The translations under genes were made by a program, and so were the position numbers. DNA of 63,228 nt from a virus. The notes below the pieces were generated by a model. The model was given only the letters and a program-made list of their open reading frames with translations, was not told the origin of the DNA and did no database searches. Every line of letters begins with the position of its first letter. The stretch's first letter is position 1. Location: IMG/VR virus record IMGVR_UViG_3300020595_000002, positions 1 through 63,228 of that record; one strand, 5' to 3'. Below, piece after piece: positions 53,601 to 60,965 of this stretch.

Positions 53601-54542
53601 GATGAGGACGGAGAGAGCTACTACGATAAGCTGAAGAGAACCAAGCCGTCTCTTTTTGAGCGCAATATGGTTTTCATGATACCGGGGACCGAAGGAAAGA
53701 TAATAAAAATCCCGATGCCGTATGGTTATAACACTCTTTTTGTTATGGGAAATGAAACGGCAAGCGCTGTTCGTAATGTTACTGGTAATGTAGAAGGTTA
53801 TTCACCAACTGAGGGAATGGCGAGAGTTGGCTCAACACTGATGAATACCTTTAATCCCATTGGTTCGTCAACTCTTCTACAAACAATTATGCCAACTGCA
53901 GGTGATCCCATAGCCCAGGTATTTGAAAATAAAGCATGGCATGGTGGAAATCTCATGCCAGGTGATAATCCTTTTGGTATTCCAAAGCCGGACAGTGAGC
54001 GATATTTCAAGTCAGTCAATCCGATTGCCAAGTTTGCAACCAGGTGGGTAAACGATATCACTGGAGGAAGCAGTGTAGAGTCTGGACTGATTGACGTTTC
54101 GCCCGAGACAATAGAAATGCTTTTTGAAACCATGACCGGCTCACTTGGACGCTTGGCAAAAGATTCTCTTTCCCTTCCAATATCAGCGGCTACCGGACAG
54201 GAGATAACTTCTAATAAAATTCCTTTTGTCAGAAAAGTGTTTGAAGGAAAGAACGAATACGCCGACCAGCAAATATATGTCGAGAACAGGGATAATGTAT
54301 TACGCATCAAAAAGATGTATGAAGCTGCAGCTACTCCAAAGGGAAAAAGAGACATCAGAAGCGATCCAAAGACCGCACTTATCGGTTATGCAAGTGATGC
54401 AGAGAAGCGATTGCGACGACTAAGAAAACGCCGTAAGATTGCGGAAAGTAACGATAACGAAAGGATGCAGGAGCGTATTGAGAAAAGCATTAACCGGATT
54501 TACCTAGACTTTAACCGCAAATACAATCAAGTTTCCGGCTAA
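44610..54542 (+). CDS. Giant (3310 aa) multidomain 'polyvalent' protein with ParB-like, N6-adenine MTase and HExxH peptidase-like domains; probable virion-packaged/injected protein
   Basis: Single uninterrupted ORF. ParB-type IVDGEHRYSAMVKMGVDDIPV (48115-48292). MTase motif I LEPSAGTGNL and motif IV NPPF (50395-50905). HETVH (51174-51188). Hydrophobic Gly/Ala segments near both ends. Confidence 0.8.
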   Translation: MDYSHVDLDSVFDGIDTENNTSSPKPQKKPVQQKVDYSGVNLDSVFDDVLGPQKETSSPASPSVQRQEQPVSRNVDYSNVDLDSVFDDVLSGGSSTERVSHDRNLLSDIGSHALRGGAKAVEQIGRGMQVVDGDYSDDEGFLDTTGKKLQEFGENAPKKFDYLKPDAAEGTDKESWFKQKAMEGVESLGPSAVPFVAAAGTGAAVAAAGASAPITALVAGGSGLAALLGTFGAGTYHEKRQEYDGVPGLTEDQKHVAALKQAGIESGGELVSDIILMGIGKLVPGAGKAVSDVAKNGIKTLLSMSPKQLAKQAGKVYLAEWGTETGQAYLQSGIDADLGVGERMTMLEAAIETAIPTAVMTLALGSATGAYNVRQKQKLFNQLNSENEEMRIAAANNVYGTLKKQDNEVAEAWRSFSSEAISNGSPIDVKADFLSNPTGEQKPDGTVSKAVDSSLKSQPGTISKAIPNQDLSAVDRMENDLASQPDNDLISSMIDGEVDIQDQADARSRKNKFADLMKNYEQFQANKTDKKTAKESAEVFQANPEQRNQEYEQKEKDLNETFRAYFAEQERQAEENKAKLQGGNITEQEAKDFEDRVNKERQQWAKKNRSKAAQRKIEKASTEVEQEEDSAEESLSSVPFEVMAQAKKEAENTVREDPRYQEMAEARKRNGINIYDAKSFFSHTTIAALNKKYPGLFQGGQLAVQGDALRVDEYAQEKGYTSADEMINNWLSAPSIKAETARIAKENVAEWERYENLQKEDEKAASATTTQEKGNTVAPGPQQTTLPEVEKITNKQSIAHGQEVATNPTDAQKEAENYKTAKVNVDGLKISVENPAGSTRSGTDPSGKEWSVKMKNDYGRILGSNGYDKDHVDIFVSPGYKGGTKYAYVVNQHNKDGSFDEHKTVVGVSSEQEALDLYNSNYKKGWTGGKSVTRLPMAAFKKWVGGTGPAKGELRRSRTVDFQQERSNDIPQSSGNTVAKTENRTPVADERSNTAIGKPAVERGSNREDRKGAQEKTLTPANIPAKEAEKEQDDQAALTPRQKQFLGFLKSDAENNRPAMIPNEKNKPVYESLVKKGHAEKEGNGYVLKKVEDTQSLGNQDIQQGVPEKGKGSKEVAETAETGEGNTSVEQERVGGDRGESVDKENLATHAGGSKTYQKGRTQVKPGELGRGIKTNKAVREYVENIKESGKVKPVEITSDGFIVDGEHRYSAMVKMGVDDIPVFVGEQLGASGRLVSPYSGISVDVVVPNETASKPVAAQKPENVSDKPKSRKAEPPPQQELPEGKEGVTDFPSLTEEGRRTDGKPIKPGDVFKTSTGRTTTPYPKYSTKRTTKPDIRRMNQWLIDNYKSEAEARGDDFNQTLAKGMDAGNFSIADAEGINLYLFRKQQTKPAVKENVPATDTNVDTKITNLKELTDFTDKLKNGTVTPEQLKQAYASAVESKEAIRAELAKKTKKQLAPLAGYMSSSDKKSAYIKSAYSNTMQGFVPSMSMSWSPFSETVEEAVQRKVNEATQEQIDQYAKEIAEVRERNKKYYESKIKGVTNPETLEEFKTFIQIKGKDKLSEEQLQSYEKLIADKNIETREQQQERKATVQGVSGDVDYELAETHHAKKDIPLYVVKLTGEKLPRERFSELRTKAKQLGGWYSRFRGSGAIPGFQFESEESRQNFVDVLSGETVKDTETVEKKQEVKTKKKVSRLRTVAERLQKAGEEKLNQDRLTNTAKRAREAGYAEASARTDIATAKTMLNLADAIDSGEAKYLNGISAKTHLDILNSLLNRAKNDADKDIPYRDQDRHREPVESDVKFVSYIYPSADKSSLYSWAGSLEKVRGGKRVASKIESIGRALKEENRYYFQNDIDLLRDVIKKIPDEFKYSTVADTLKNYDRLQRIGLTDEATLKTALREYIQFKDTGPKVDKVKELERSLVGEKNGVDFFPTPRAKAQEIVDRADIQPGMKVLEPSAGTGNLAEVMREAGAEVEVAEISPRHRELLEAKGFDIVEHDFMDMESGQYDRIVMNPPFSKNQDIEHVEKAYELLKPGGKLVSIMGEGAFFRQGKTETAFREWLDEVGYSEKLPEGFFTDRRELRTTGVNARVVEIEKPEDVSESLENDFSAGLVRKQEISLSELFQKTQTATDNPQVQKLNELLYSFVPESKLNIPVVIDPSITAAKYNAQANMITLRDPSIAPSALHETVHAVTVRELFHEKNQATRNRLARVMNKVKREVVAQGLISRKNLIAIEKAGTSKNYKSQFPEGYFSGVDHISYAFLNEKEFLAQAFSSPQFQDLLKTVKVREKGKLISAWESFVRALMKILDIKGTHETAFGEVLEIVAELAASENIAEETKGESRNEELALPDISNITAPFTGIKSRAVALAEKYMPKDRREKIATYLWDQNAAVARVQREIGEKPESQDYNLISRLSGKKIADEVKRFTEDTLDPLLQDMADNNVSFNEVHDLAWAQHAPERNLQMKRVNARRYVDEMLANMTDTQKRKYQDRLGDLQDEMVMDDKDINFKRDGYIELMDELVESVPQLIAERGDSKTALKETAKLQETAEQWTDVKDRLSGMTNQQAANKIAALKNKDNFKDIQRATNKLREINRNALEMVYQAGEYTDEEYAAMKSVYKYHVPLMREGMEEGKSATGRMGVGPLAKPYKIASGSTKGVVNIFGNVVDRYQSAISRKHKLEAGKVLFNMVKENPDENRWAITKLDQEPYLDKEGNIRFYPDHNLAPNETKVKVDGVVHIISVPRENESMMRWMEALKREPVQLGPVLKVSQKINRLLAQMNTSFSPEFLITNFARDIQTAGIHLEDTEGSGLQKEVLKGIKPAIAGIYKSETGKDAGEWGEIYKDFAKNGGKIGWMQDYETVEQLAKQLESELSYKAGEKPKRAAFRKLVKHVESLNVSVENGVRLATYKALIENGTSKRKAARTAANLTVDFTRHGTIGPFMNSLYMFANAGIIGNIRMLRALSSSRKVQKIAAGIFGFGFMANILGAYAGGDDEDGESYYDKLKRTKPSLFERNMVFMIPGTEGKIIKIPMPYGYNTLFVMGNETASAVRNVTGNVEGYSPTEGMARVGSTLMNTFNPIGSSTLLQTIMPTAGDPIAQVFENKAWHGGNLMPGDNPFGIPKPDSERYFKSVNPIAKFATRWVNDITGGSSVESGLIDVSPETIEMLFETMTGSLGRLAKDSLSLPISAATGQEITSNKIPFVRKVFEGKNEYADQQIYVENRDNVLRIKKMYEAAATPKGKRDIRSDPKTALIGYASDAEKRLRRLRKRRKIAESNDNERMQERIEKSINRIYLDFNRKYNQVSG

Positions 54543-54546
54543 AGTG

Positions 54547-54575
54547 TTGTATTTTTGTATTTGGTCGTGTATCAT
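54547..54575 (+). promoter_or_regulatory. Sigma70-like promoter candidate after the giant gene
   Basis: TTGTAT (54547-54552), 17-nt spacer, TATCAT (54570-54575). Confidence 0.4.
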
Positions 54576-54632
54576 ATACAACTGAAAGCATCATTCTGAT
54601 TGCATAGGAACCCGCAAATTGCGGAACATCTT

Positions 54633-54686
54633 AGGCCCAGAGTTGAAAGAGCAATTGTTCTTCCATCTCTGGGCCTTTTTTATTTT
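54633..54686 (+). terminator. Strong intrinsic terminator upstream of the fibre block
   Basis: 10-bp stem AGGCCCAGAG/CTCTGGGCCT followed by TTTTTTATTTT. Confidence 0.85.
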
Positions 54687-54698
54687 AGGAGATCCGCC

Positions 54699-55022
54699 AT
54701 GGCCACAGTAGGCATCCAGGTAATTCCCTACCAGACAGCAGCGCACACCTCAGCAGATTTGACCTTCCGTTCTTCAGACATTCCAGCCTCTCTCATTCTC
54801 GACATTGCCTCTGATTTCTCAGGGACCGGAACGATACCAGTTCATTATGTCGGCAATGACGGAATACGACTTACTCCGGTTTTGGATTCTGACGGCAACG
54901 CCTTTGCGTTTTCGGAAACCAACAAGCACTTACCCATTAATTCACCATGCACGATCAGGCTCGTTAAAGGGGTCACTGCAGACGGTGCCATGGGCGTAAA
55001 CCTCCACAACAATCAATTATGA
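54699..55022 (+). CDS. Hypothetical late protein
   Basis: SD AGGAG before ATG 54699. The longest ORF from 54600 crosses the terminator. Confidence 0.55.
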   Translation: MATVGIQVIPYQTAAHTSADLTFRSSDIPASLILDIASDFSGTGTIPVHYVGNDGIRLTPVLDSDGNAFAFSETNKHLPINSPCTIRLVKGVTADGAMGVNLHNNQL

Positions 55023-55459
55023 TCTATCCAGCGATTCAACCGCCAGTAATCAAACCGTGGGGATATCCGTGGAAGCCGAGGTATGTGAGCAGCAATAAAC
55101 CCGACACTCCAGGTTCTCGCACGAATGTTGCCCTCTCAACGGTCATTGTTTCCAGGAAAGTTTACCCAGAAGTTGCCGGGGCAATTTCGGTAGGTGCAGG
55201 ACTTGAGTATGAGAAAAACGGTTCTGGAACCTGGACGGCAGTAGCAGGCACGTTGACCGCAGACGATTATTACAGGGTCAGGCTCACCAGTAGTGCGAAC
55301 TATGAAACTGAAGTTACTGGAACGGTGACGGTTGATGGCACTCCGTATGTTTTCAGTGTTACTACCATGGCAGAACCCCCTAGCCAATTTGACGATTTCA
55401 CAGTCGCTGAACTTGACAGCATGACGGTAGATGAAATTGATGAAACGATAATTCCGTGA
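55019..55459 (+). CDS. Hypothetical late protein
   Basis: 4-nt overlap. 146 aa. Confidence 0.55.
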   Translation: MIYPAIQPPVIKPWGYPWKPRYVSSNKPDTPGSRTNVALSTVIVSRKVYPEVAGAISVGAGLEYEKNGSGTWTAVAGTLTADDYYRVRLTSSANYETEVTGTVTVDGTPYVFSVTTMAEPPSQFDDFTVAELDSMTVDEIDETIIP

Positions 55460-55466
55460 GGCAGAA

Positions 55467-57827
55467 ATGAAGAAAATACTTTTGATTGTTTTTTTAATTG
55501 CGTTCTTTCCGTTCGCTGTAAACTCAGCACAGACTACTCTCGACGAAGCTGTTGACCCGACTCTTGACGGTAACGCAGGAAATACTACTGGCGAGGATTT
55601 GCGCCTTACTCTCTTTGGTAATGATGCAGCTCAGAACTTAATGAACACTGAACTGTATACTGCCACCGCAGATACTTTAGCAAAACTTCCTTGCGCCGAA
55701 GGGCAAGTACCGATGATAGCAGGAGGTAATTGGGGCTGTGCCACTCCAAACACAGACACTGATACTAACGCCGGAACGGAATGTACTGGCGCAACCGTCT
55801 ATATGAATGGTGAAGGGCAGTGTATTGATCTTTCCGCCGTGTATCTAACTTCTGAAACAGACGATCAAAATGCCGCAGAAGTTTCTGTTGCGGATGCTGG
55901 TGGATTAACCACACAAACTACTGTTGAAGGATATCTTGCTGAGAACAGGACAGCCATTAATTTGAATACCGCAAAGACTTCTTTCCCAGGCTTTGACACT
56001 CTCCTTGCAGATTATGGCTTTACTGACAATTCAACCACCTGGGATACGGCTCTCCAGCCAGGGGATACTTTGGATGACGATGATGTTGCCTTTGATGATG
56101 CCAACAGCGATTGGACAGCAACTACTTTTGGAGCAGCGCTTGAGGAAATGGTTGCCTCAATAAACGGCGGTACTCCAAACAGTGCAACCGCAAAGGTTCA
56201 TTGGTCGCAATTGGCTGGTGTCCCTGCTGATTTTGCTGATGGAACTGATGATACCGGAGCTGGCGGGAGTGATGCAACGGCGATTCATGATAATGTTGCC
56301 GGTGAAATTTCACTTATCACTGAAAAAGCAAGTCCGGTAAGTGCTGATCTTATAATCATTGAAGATAGCGCTGACAGCAACAATAAGAAAAGGGTGCAGG
56401 TTGGTAATCTTCCTGGAGGTGGGGGCTCGTCAGATGCAGCTGACATCAACATAGCTGACGCTGGCGGATTGATAACTGGAACCAACGTTGAAACAGCTCT
56501 TCAAGAGAACCGGACGGCAATAAACTTGAACACCGCCAAAGAATCAAACAGTTCTGACGCTGTTCTTCTTGCAAGAGCAAACCATACCGGAACACAACCC
56601 GCCTCAACAATCTCTGATTTTGACACGGAAGTTTCAAATAATGCTTCTGTTGTTGCGAATACTGCTAAAGCTGGAGTTACCGTCGAAGAACAAAATGTCA
56701 ATGCAGATTGGAACAGTTCTTCAGGTGATTCTCAGATACTCAACAAACCGACCATCCCAACCGTAGATGATACGGCTTATAATGCGACATCATGGGATGC
56801 AAATACGGATGCACCAACTAAAGACGCTGTGCGAGATAAGTTTGAAAGCTTGCCAACCATAACAGGAAGTTCTTGGAACCCTGCAACCAATGAACTTACC
56901 ATAGATATTGAAAATGGTGATTCTCAGACCATTACTATAGATGAGTTTACCTCTGTTGTCTTAAGAGACATAGGATTAACCTTGGCTGTACCATCTGACA
57001 TTACAATCAAAGGCGCAGCGATTACCGCAGGAGGTTTCACCACTTCACAAGAGTATGAAATTCTCACAGTAGGAACTACTGACTTTACCTTAATTGGTGC
57101 AAGTGCAAATACCGTAGGCGTAACCTTTACCGCAACTGGTGCAGGAAGCGGAACAGGCACAGCATATCCGTTAAAACCGCTGGTTTCTAACACTATCGCT
57201 TATGGTGATCCTGATGATAATCTGATTGCGCCAAGTATGGAGCAGGTTGGCGAGGTGTTGGCTACGAAGTCAGATACTACTCATGATCATAGCGGTACAT
57301 ATGTCCCTATTGGCTCAGACGACGATGTTCCAGAATCTGGTGATTTCGGTAACGCAGCCGGACTTGACGCAGACGGTGGTGTTTCAAACGATGCTGTAGA
57401 TTCAGCACAAATAGTTGATGGAGCGGTTGACTTTGTACACTTAGCAGCGGACGCAAAGTTCCAGTCATTAGCTGTTGCTGATTTAAGTGATAGTACAACC
57501 CCAAGTGTGTTAACCACAGCAGAAACTACTAACAAAGCTATCTCAAACTATAAATCCACAGGTGCAGATCACGTGTTCACAATGCCAGCAGCTCATGCAG
57601 CAGGTAATGTGATATTTCCTATAGGAGATGAATTTCAAGTTGACATCGAACCTGCATCCGGGACTAATTTCTATTTGAATGGTACTGCAATGGCTAATGA
57701 TGAGCATATCCAAAACACAGCAGATACCCTAGGACAACGAATAGTGGGGTACTGCGTAAACATTAACGGCACCCTAACGTGGATGTTCTATTCTTCTGAC
57801 ACTGATTTTGTTGAGGAGACTCCGTAA
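55467..57827 (+). CDS. Fibre-like repeat protein with an N-terminal Sec-type signal peptide
   Basis: MKKILLIVFLIAFFPFAVNSA. Internal duplication ADAGGL.T.T.VE..L.ENRTAINLNTAK (nt about 55890 and 56455). 786 aa, T/D/G rich. Confidence 0.5.
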   Translation: MKKILLIVFLIAFFPFAVNSAQTTLDEAVDPTLDGNAGNTTGEDLRLTLFGNDAAQNLMNTELYTATADTLAKLPCAEGQVPMIAGGNWGCATPNTDTDTNAGTECTGATVYMNGEGQCIDLSAVYLTSETDDQNAAEVSVADAGGLTTQTTVEGYLAENRTAINLNTAKTSFPGFDTLLADYGFTDNSTTWDTALQPGDTLDDDDVAFDDANSDWTATTFGAALEEMVASINGGTPNSATAKVHWSQLAGVPADFADGTDDTGAGGSDATAIHDNVAGEISLITEKASPVSADLIIIEDSADSNNKKRVQVGNLPGGGGSSDAADINIADAGGLITGTNVETALQENRTAINLNTAKESNSSDAVLLARANHTGTQPASTISDFDTEVSNNASVVANTAKAGVTVEEQNVNADWNSSSGDSQILNKPTIPTVDDTAYNATSWDANTDAPTKDAVRDKFESLPTITGSSWNPATNELTIDIENGDSQTITIDEFTSVVLRDIGLTLAVPSDITIKGAAITAGGFTTSQEYEILTVGTTDFTLIGASANTVGVTFTATGAGSGTGTAYPLKPLVSNTIAYGDPDDNLIAPSMEQVGEVLATKSDTTHDHSGTYVPIGSDDDVPESGDFGNAAGLDADGGVSNDAVDSAQIVDGAVDFVHLAADAKFQSLAVADLSDSTTPSVLTTAETTNKAISNYKSTGADHVFTMPAAHAAGNVIFPIGDEFQVDIEPASGTNFYLNGTAMANDEHIQNTADTLGQRIVGYCVNINGTLTWMFYSSDTDFVEETP

Positions 57828-58564
57828 TGAGGTATTTAATATTATTTATAGTTCTATTGTTTCCTTCACAATGCTTTGCTGATGCGGGGTTTATTGCTGA
57901 GTTAGGAAGTGCTGTTGTTGAGAATGGTTCTTGTCCAGCTTTAACTGGCAATTTAGCCACCGAAGACTTCTCCGGTTCAGGTCTAGCTGGAACTATATTT
58001 GAATCAGATGATGCTAACGTTACCGATCCCGATGACTATAACGATACTTCTATCACTGCTGGGTGTTTTGATGGACAAAGTTTTATTGCCTCTGGAAGTG
58101 ATCACTGGACTAGAATCACTTCATGGACAGAGCCTGTTATCTATTATGAAACTGACTTCTACCTATCTTCTGAGTCTTTAAATGACGGAGACGAAGAATC
58201 AGTTATCTCACTAAGCAATAACAGCCCAACAGAAATTGCAATAAATATAAAACAAGCATCTGGAAGTTTGTATTTTTCTGTAAATTTCGGAAATGGTATA
58301 TATCAAGGAAGCGATGTTCCAGCAGCTACGGGAGTTGCATATAGATTAGGGTTATATCATAACAACACAACAGATACTGGCGCTTGGGTAATTTATAGTT
58401 ACGCAACTGAGAGTAATCTTGACACTTGGTCCGGTTCTGTTTCTGCATCTCTTGGAAACAACGGAGGTGGATATGCTGGACCAGTAAATGGAACCAGTAG
58501 TTATACTGGTCACTTCGATAATGTAGAGTTTGATGACACTGGATGGATGCAACTTTCGCCATGA
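57827..58564 (+). CDS. Secreted protein, possible lectin/LamG-like fold
   Basis: Signal peptide MRYLILFIVLLFPSQCFA. 1-nt overlap with the upstream gene. The fold call is weak. Confidence 0.35.
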   Translation: MRYLILFIVLLFPSQCFADAGFIAELGSAVVENGSCPALTGNLATEDFSGSGLAGTIFESDDANVTDPDDYNDTSITAGCFDGQSFIASGSDHWTRITSWTEPVIYYETDFYLSSESLNDGDEESVISLSNNSPTEIAINIKQASGSLYFSVNFGNGIYQGSDVPAATGVAYRLGLYHNNTTDTGAWVIYSYATESNLDTWSGSVSASLGNNGGGYAGPVNGTSSYTGHFDNVEFDDTGWMQLSP

Positions 58565-60144
58565 AAAAACTACTCATTGCACTTCTTGGTATCTTACTTC
58601 TACCAAGCCTTTCTTTAGCAGCTACTTATTACGTTTCACCTACTGGTTCTGCGACGTGGGGTGTGGCATGTCAATCTGTGGTGAGCGGTACGTCAGCGTG
58701 TAGTTTGAGTGATGCCGAGAGCAACGCTACTGCTGGTGATGTAGTTTATTTAAGGGGCGGGACTTACAATTTACCCTATAAAGATGCAAGCCCAACATGG
58801 GTTGCAGGTTTCATGCCCGAAAACTCTGGAACAAGCGGAAGCCCGATAACTTTCCAAGCATATCTAGGGGAAACGGTATTTTTTGATAACTCTGCTAATG
58901 CAGGGCAATCTGATGCTGTTGCTTCTTATGGGGCATGGGAAGTTGACTATATAATTTTTGATGGTATAGATACAAAAGGTGCGCCTAAGGCTGCTGGTGA
59001 CGCTATAGCGACATATTTACACGGCAGTGTTGGATCTATAATAAGAAATGCAAATATAGAAGGTACATTAACTGGAACAACAAATAGTAATAACATTCGA
59101 GTTGAACACTCGGATTATCACGAGGTTTATAATAATGTCCTTTATAACTCAACAGGGACTAACAACTCAACCGGCATAACCTCTTATTGGTCAACCTACG
59201 GAGATATTTACAACAATACCATATATAACTGTAATCAAGGTATATATGATAAAACAGGTGGCCAATACAATAAGTACCGTCACAACTTCCTGCGATCTAA
59301 CTTTATCGGAATAGGTATATCCGCTGCAACTAATCCAAACCCGCAGCCAATTGGGCTTGAGATATACCACAACATAATCGTCAACGGAACCGATATAGGC
59401 ATTTGGGATAATAGCGCGGCTGATCCCGGAGCTGGACTTCTGATTTATAACAACTCACTTTATAGCAATGACAGACATGGAATAATTCTATCGTCTTCAA
59501 GTGTAACAAATTATGAGATTTTTAATAATATAGTTAACGGACACAGCCTGTCGGAGTTCACAGTACCTGGAGGAACAACCAGCTATTATGCTAATAACAG
59601 CACAACGGACACTTTCGACAACGCTGGTGGAACAACCCCAGAGGATTACCAAAGGACATCTTACCCGACAGACGGGCGAGGCGGTAGTTACTCTAATGTT
59701 ATGGGTGCGTGGATTTCCGATACTAACCCTACACAGATAGGCGCAAGCAGTGGTGGAGTTGCTGACACTACCAATCCTACCTTCTCAAGTGCAACAGCCA
59801 ATGGCTCTACCTTTCAAATCACTCTTTCTGAAGACGTAACGATAACAGGTTTAAGCAATGGTGACTTTGTTGCTACTGGTTCAACAACAGGAGCATCAAA
59901 CCTCAATTCATGCACAGAGAGCGCTGGAGTTATTAGTTGCACTGCTGCCGACACCTTTATTTACGGTGAGACAATAACATTAGCCTATACAACTGGCACC
60001 GACGAGGTTGAAGATTTAGCAGGGAATGACCTTGCTTCGTTTAGTGGTGCGTCGGTAACAAATAACACTGCACAGATATTTACATCAGCACTAACCAGAG
60101 CAGGAAATGGAACAACTAGAGTAGGCACAGGAACTATACAGTGA
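58561..60144 (+). CDS. Right-handed beta-helix (pectate-lyase-like) protein with signal peptide and C-terminal Ig-like domain; polysaccharide depolymerase candidate
   Basis: MKKLLIALLGILLLPSLSLA then ATYYVSPTGS...AGDVVYLRGGTY. Repeated NN.I/VYNN PbH1-like turns. C-terminal ...EDLAGNDL. ATGA overlap with the upstream stop. Confidence 0.65.
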   Translation: MKKLLIALLGILLLPSLSLAATYYVSPTGSATWGVACQSVVSGTSACSLSDAESNATAGDVVYLRGGTYNLPYKDASPTWVAGFMPENSGTSGSPITFQAYLGETVFFDNSANAGQSDAVASYGAWEVDYIIFDGIDTKGAPKAAGDAIATYLHGSVGSIIRNANIEGTLTGTTNSNNIRVEHSDYHEVYNNVLYNSTGTNNSTGITSYWSTYGDIYNNTIYNCNQGIYDKTGGQYNKYRHNFLRSNFIGIGISAATNPNPQPIGLEIYHNIIVNGTDIGIWDNSAADPGAGLLIYNNSLYSNDRHGIILSSSSVTNYEIFNNIVNGHSLSEFTVPGGTTSYYANNSTTDTFDNAGGTTPEDYQRTSYPTDGRGGSYSNVMGAWISDTNPTQIGASSGGVADTTNPTFSSATANGSTFQITLSEDVTITGLSNGDFVATGSTTGASNLNSCTESAGVISCTAADTFIYGETITLAYTTGTDEVEDLAGNDLASFSGASVTNNTAQIFTSALTRAGNGTTRVGTGTIQ

Positions 60145-60149
60145 GGTAA

Positions 60150-60260
60150 ATGGACATAATCGGCGCAATTCTTGACTTCTTTCAGAGCTGGCCGACAATG
60201 GCGTGTGCGGGATTAATTTTATTACTCATAGATTTAATTAAGAAAAAGGTGAAGCAATGA
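60150..60260 (+). CDS. 36-aa membrane protein, first gene of the lysis cassette
   Basis: SD GAGG. MDIIGAILDFFQSWPTMACAGLILLLIDLIKKKVKQ. Confidence 0.45.
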   Translation: MDIIGAILDFFQSWPTMACAGLILLLIDLIKKKVKQ

Positions 60261-60442
60261 AAGAATGGTGGATTAAATTTTTAACCAAGCATGGCGATAG
60301 GATAGTGTACCTGGTTGCTGCCTTGGTAATGGCGTGTGCTTTTATGTGGTTTCCAGACCTTAAAGAATCTGGAAAAACAATTCTTATCGGTATTGCCATG
60401 CTTGCATACAACAAAGCAAGGTCTACGGAAAAAGAGAAGTGA
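60257..60442 (+). CDS. Holin candidate (two TM segments)
   Basis: ATGA overlap with the upstream gene. IVYLVAALVMACAFMWF and ILIGIAMLAY. Charged C-terminus. Confidence 0.55.
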   Translation: MKEWWIKFLTKHGDRIVYLVAALVMACAFMWFPDLKESGKTILIGIAMLAYNKARSTEKEK

Positions 60443-60594
60443 GGCATCTCCACAGAAAACCAAAACGCTTTGCTTTTCTCCGTCTCATCATTGGCCTGAC
60501 TAAAATGGCGGCAAGCGGATTAGCAGTTGTTGTCATAGCCGAAGGAATTGAACTGTTGAAGAAGGTTAATCATTACAGAACAAAAACATCATGA
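60439..60594 (+). CDS. 51-aa membrane protein (holin/antiholin partner candidate)
   Basis: GTG start overlapping the upstream stop (GTGA). Basic N-terminus, then a hydrophobic segment AASGLAVVVIA. Confidence 0.35.
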   Translation: MRHLHRKPKRFAFLRLIIGLTKMAASGLAVVVIAEGIELLKKVNHYRTKTS

Positions 60595-60956
60595 CTGAGA
60601 AAACAGTAGAATCGCAACCTTTCAAAGTGTCTCTCAAGGTAGCGATACCATTCGTGTTAGCATTGCTCTTGGTTAGCTATTCTCTTATCGAGAGAGAGAA
60701 TAAAAGCATTGCCAGGATAACAGCTTGTGAGCAAGGGCTTGATAGGCAGAAGGAAGATATGTCCATTCTTAAGGCTAGACAAGAAAAAGATATGTCCATT
60801 CTTAAGGCGAGGGCAGAGGCTAACGCAGAAGATATCGACGATATCAACATTCAGTACACCAGAATACAAACACAGCTCGTTCAGATAAACGCTGGCATCA
60901 TTGAAGTTAAGGAAAAATTAAAAGAACGTGACAAGCAAAAACTTCAGTCTTTCTAG
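60591..60956 (+). CDS. i-spanin-like protein (N-terminal TM plus coiled coil)
   Basis: ATGA overlap. TM VAIPFVLALLLVSY. Coiled coil carrying a duplicated DMSILKAR unit. Confidence 0.45.
   Translation: MTEKTVESQPFKVSLKVAIPFVLALLLVSYSLIERENKSIARITACEQGLDRQKEDMSILKARQEKDMSILKARAEANAEDIDDINIQYTRIQTQLVQINAGIIEVKEKLKERDKQKLQSF
60754..60808 (+). repeat. Tandem duplication, 22-nt core aagatatgtccattcttaaggc with a 33-nt period
   Basis: Copies at 60754-60775 and 60787-60808, in frame (KEDMSILKARQEKDMSILKAR). Confidence 0.9.
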
Positions 60957-60965
60957 GGTGCAATC

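Noticed and set aside
44610-54542. Giant ORF as an N4-like virion RNA polymerase, suggested by the N4-gp56-like capsid and the size above 3000 aa.
   Set aside because: I could not find T7-like RNAP motifs. ParB-like, NPPF methyltransferase and HExxH motifs are present instead, which points to a polyvalent cargo protein.
44610-54542. Giant ORF as a tape measure protein.
   Set aside because: Enzymatic domains and the lack of an adjacent tail tube, sheath or chaperone frameshift pair argue against it. No siphovirus or myovirus tail genes were recognised.
55467-60144. Diversity-generating retroelement targeting the fibre genes.
   Set aside because: No reverse-transcriptase ORF and no template/variable repeat pair were found. 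The internal duplication in 55467-57827 is a diverged protein repeat.
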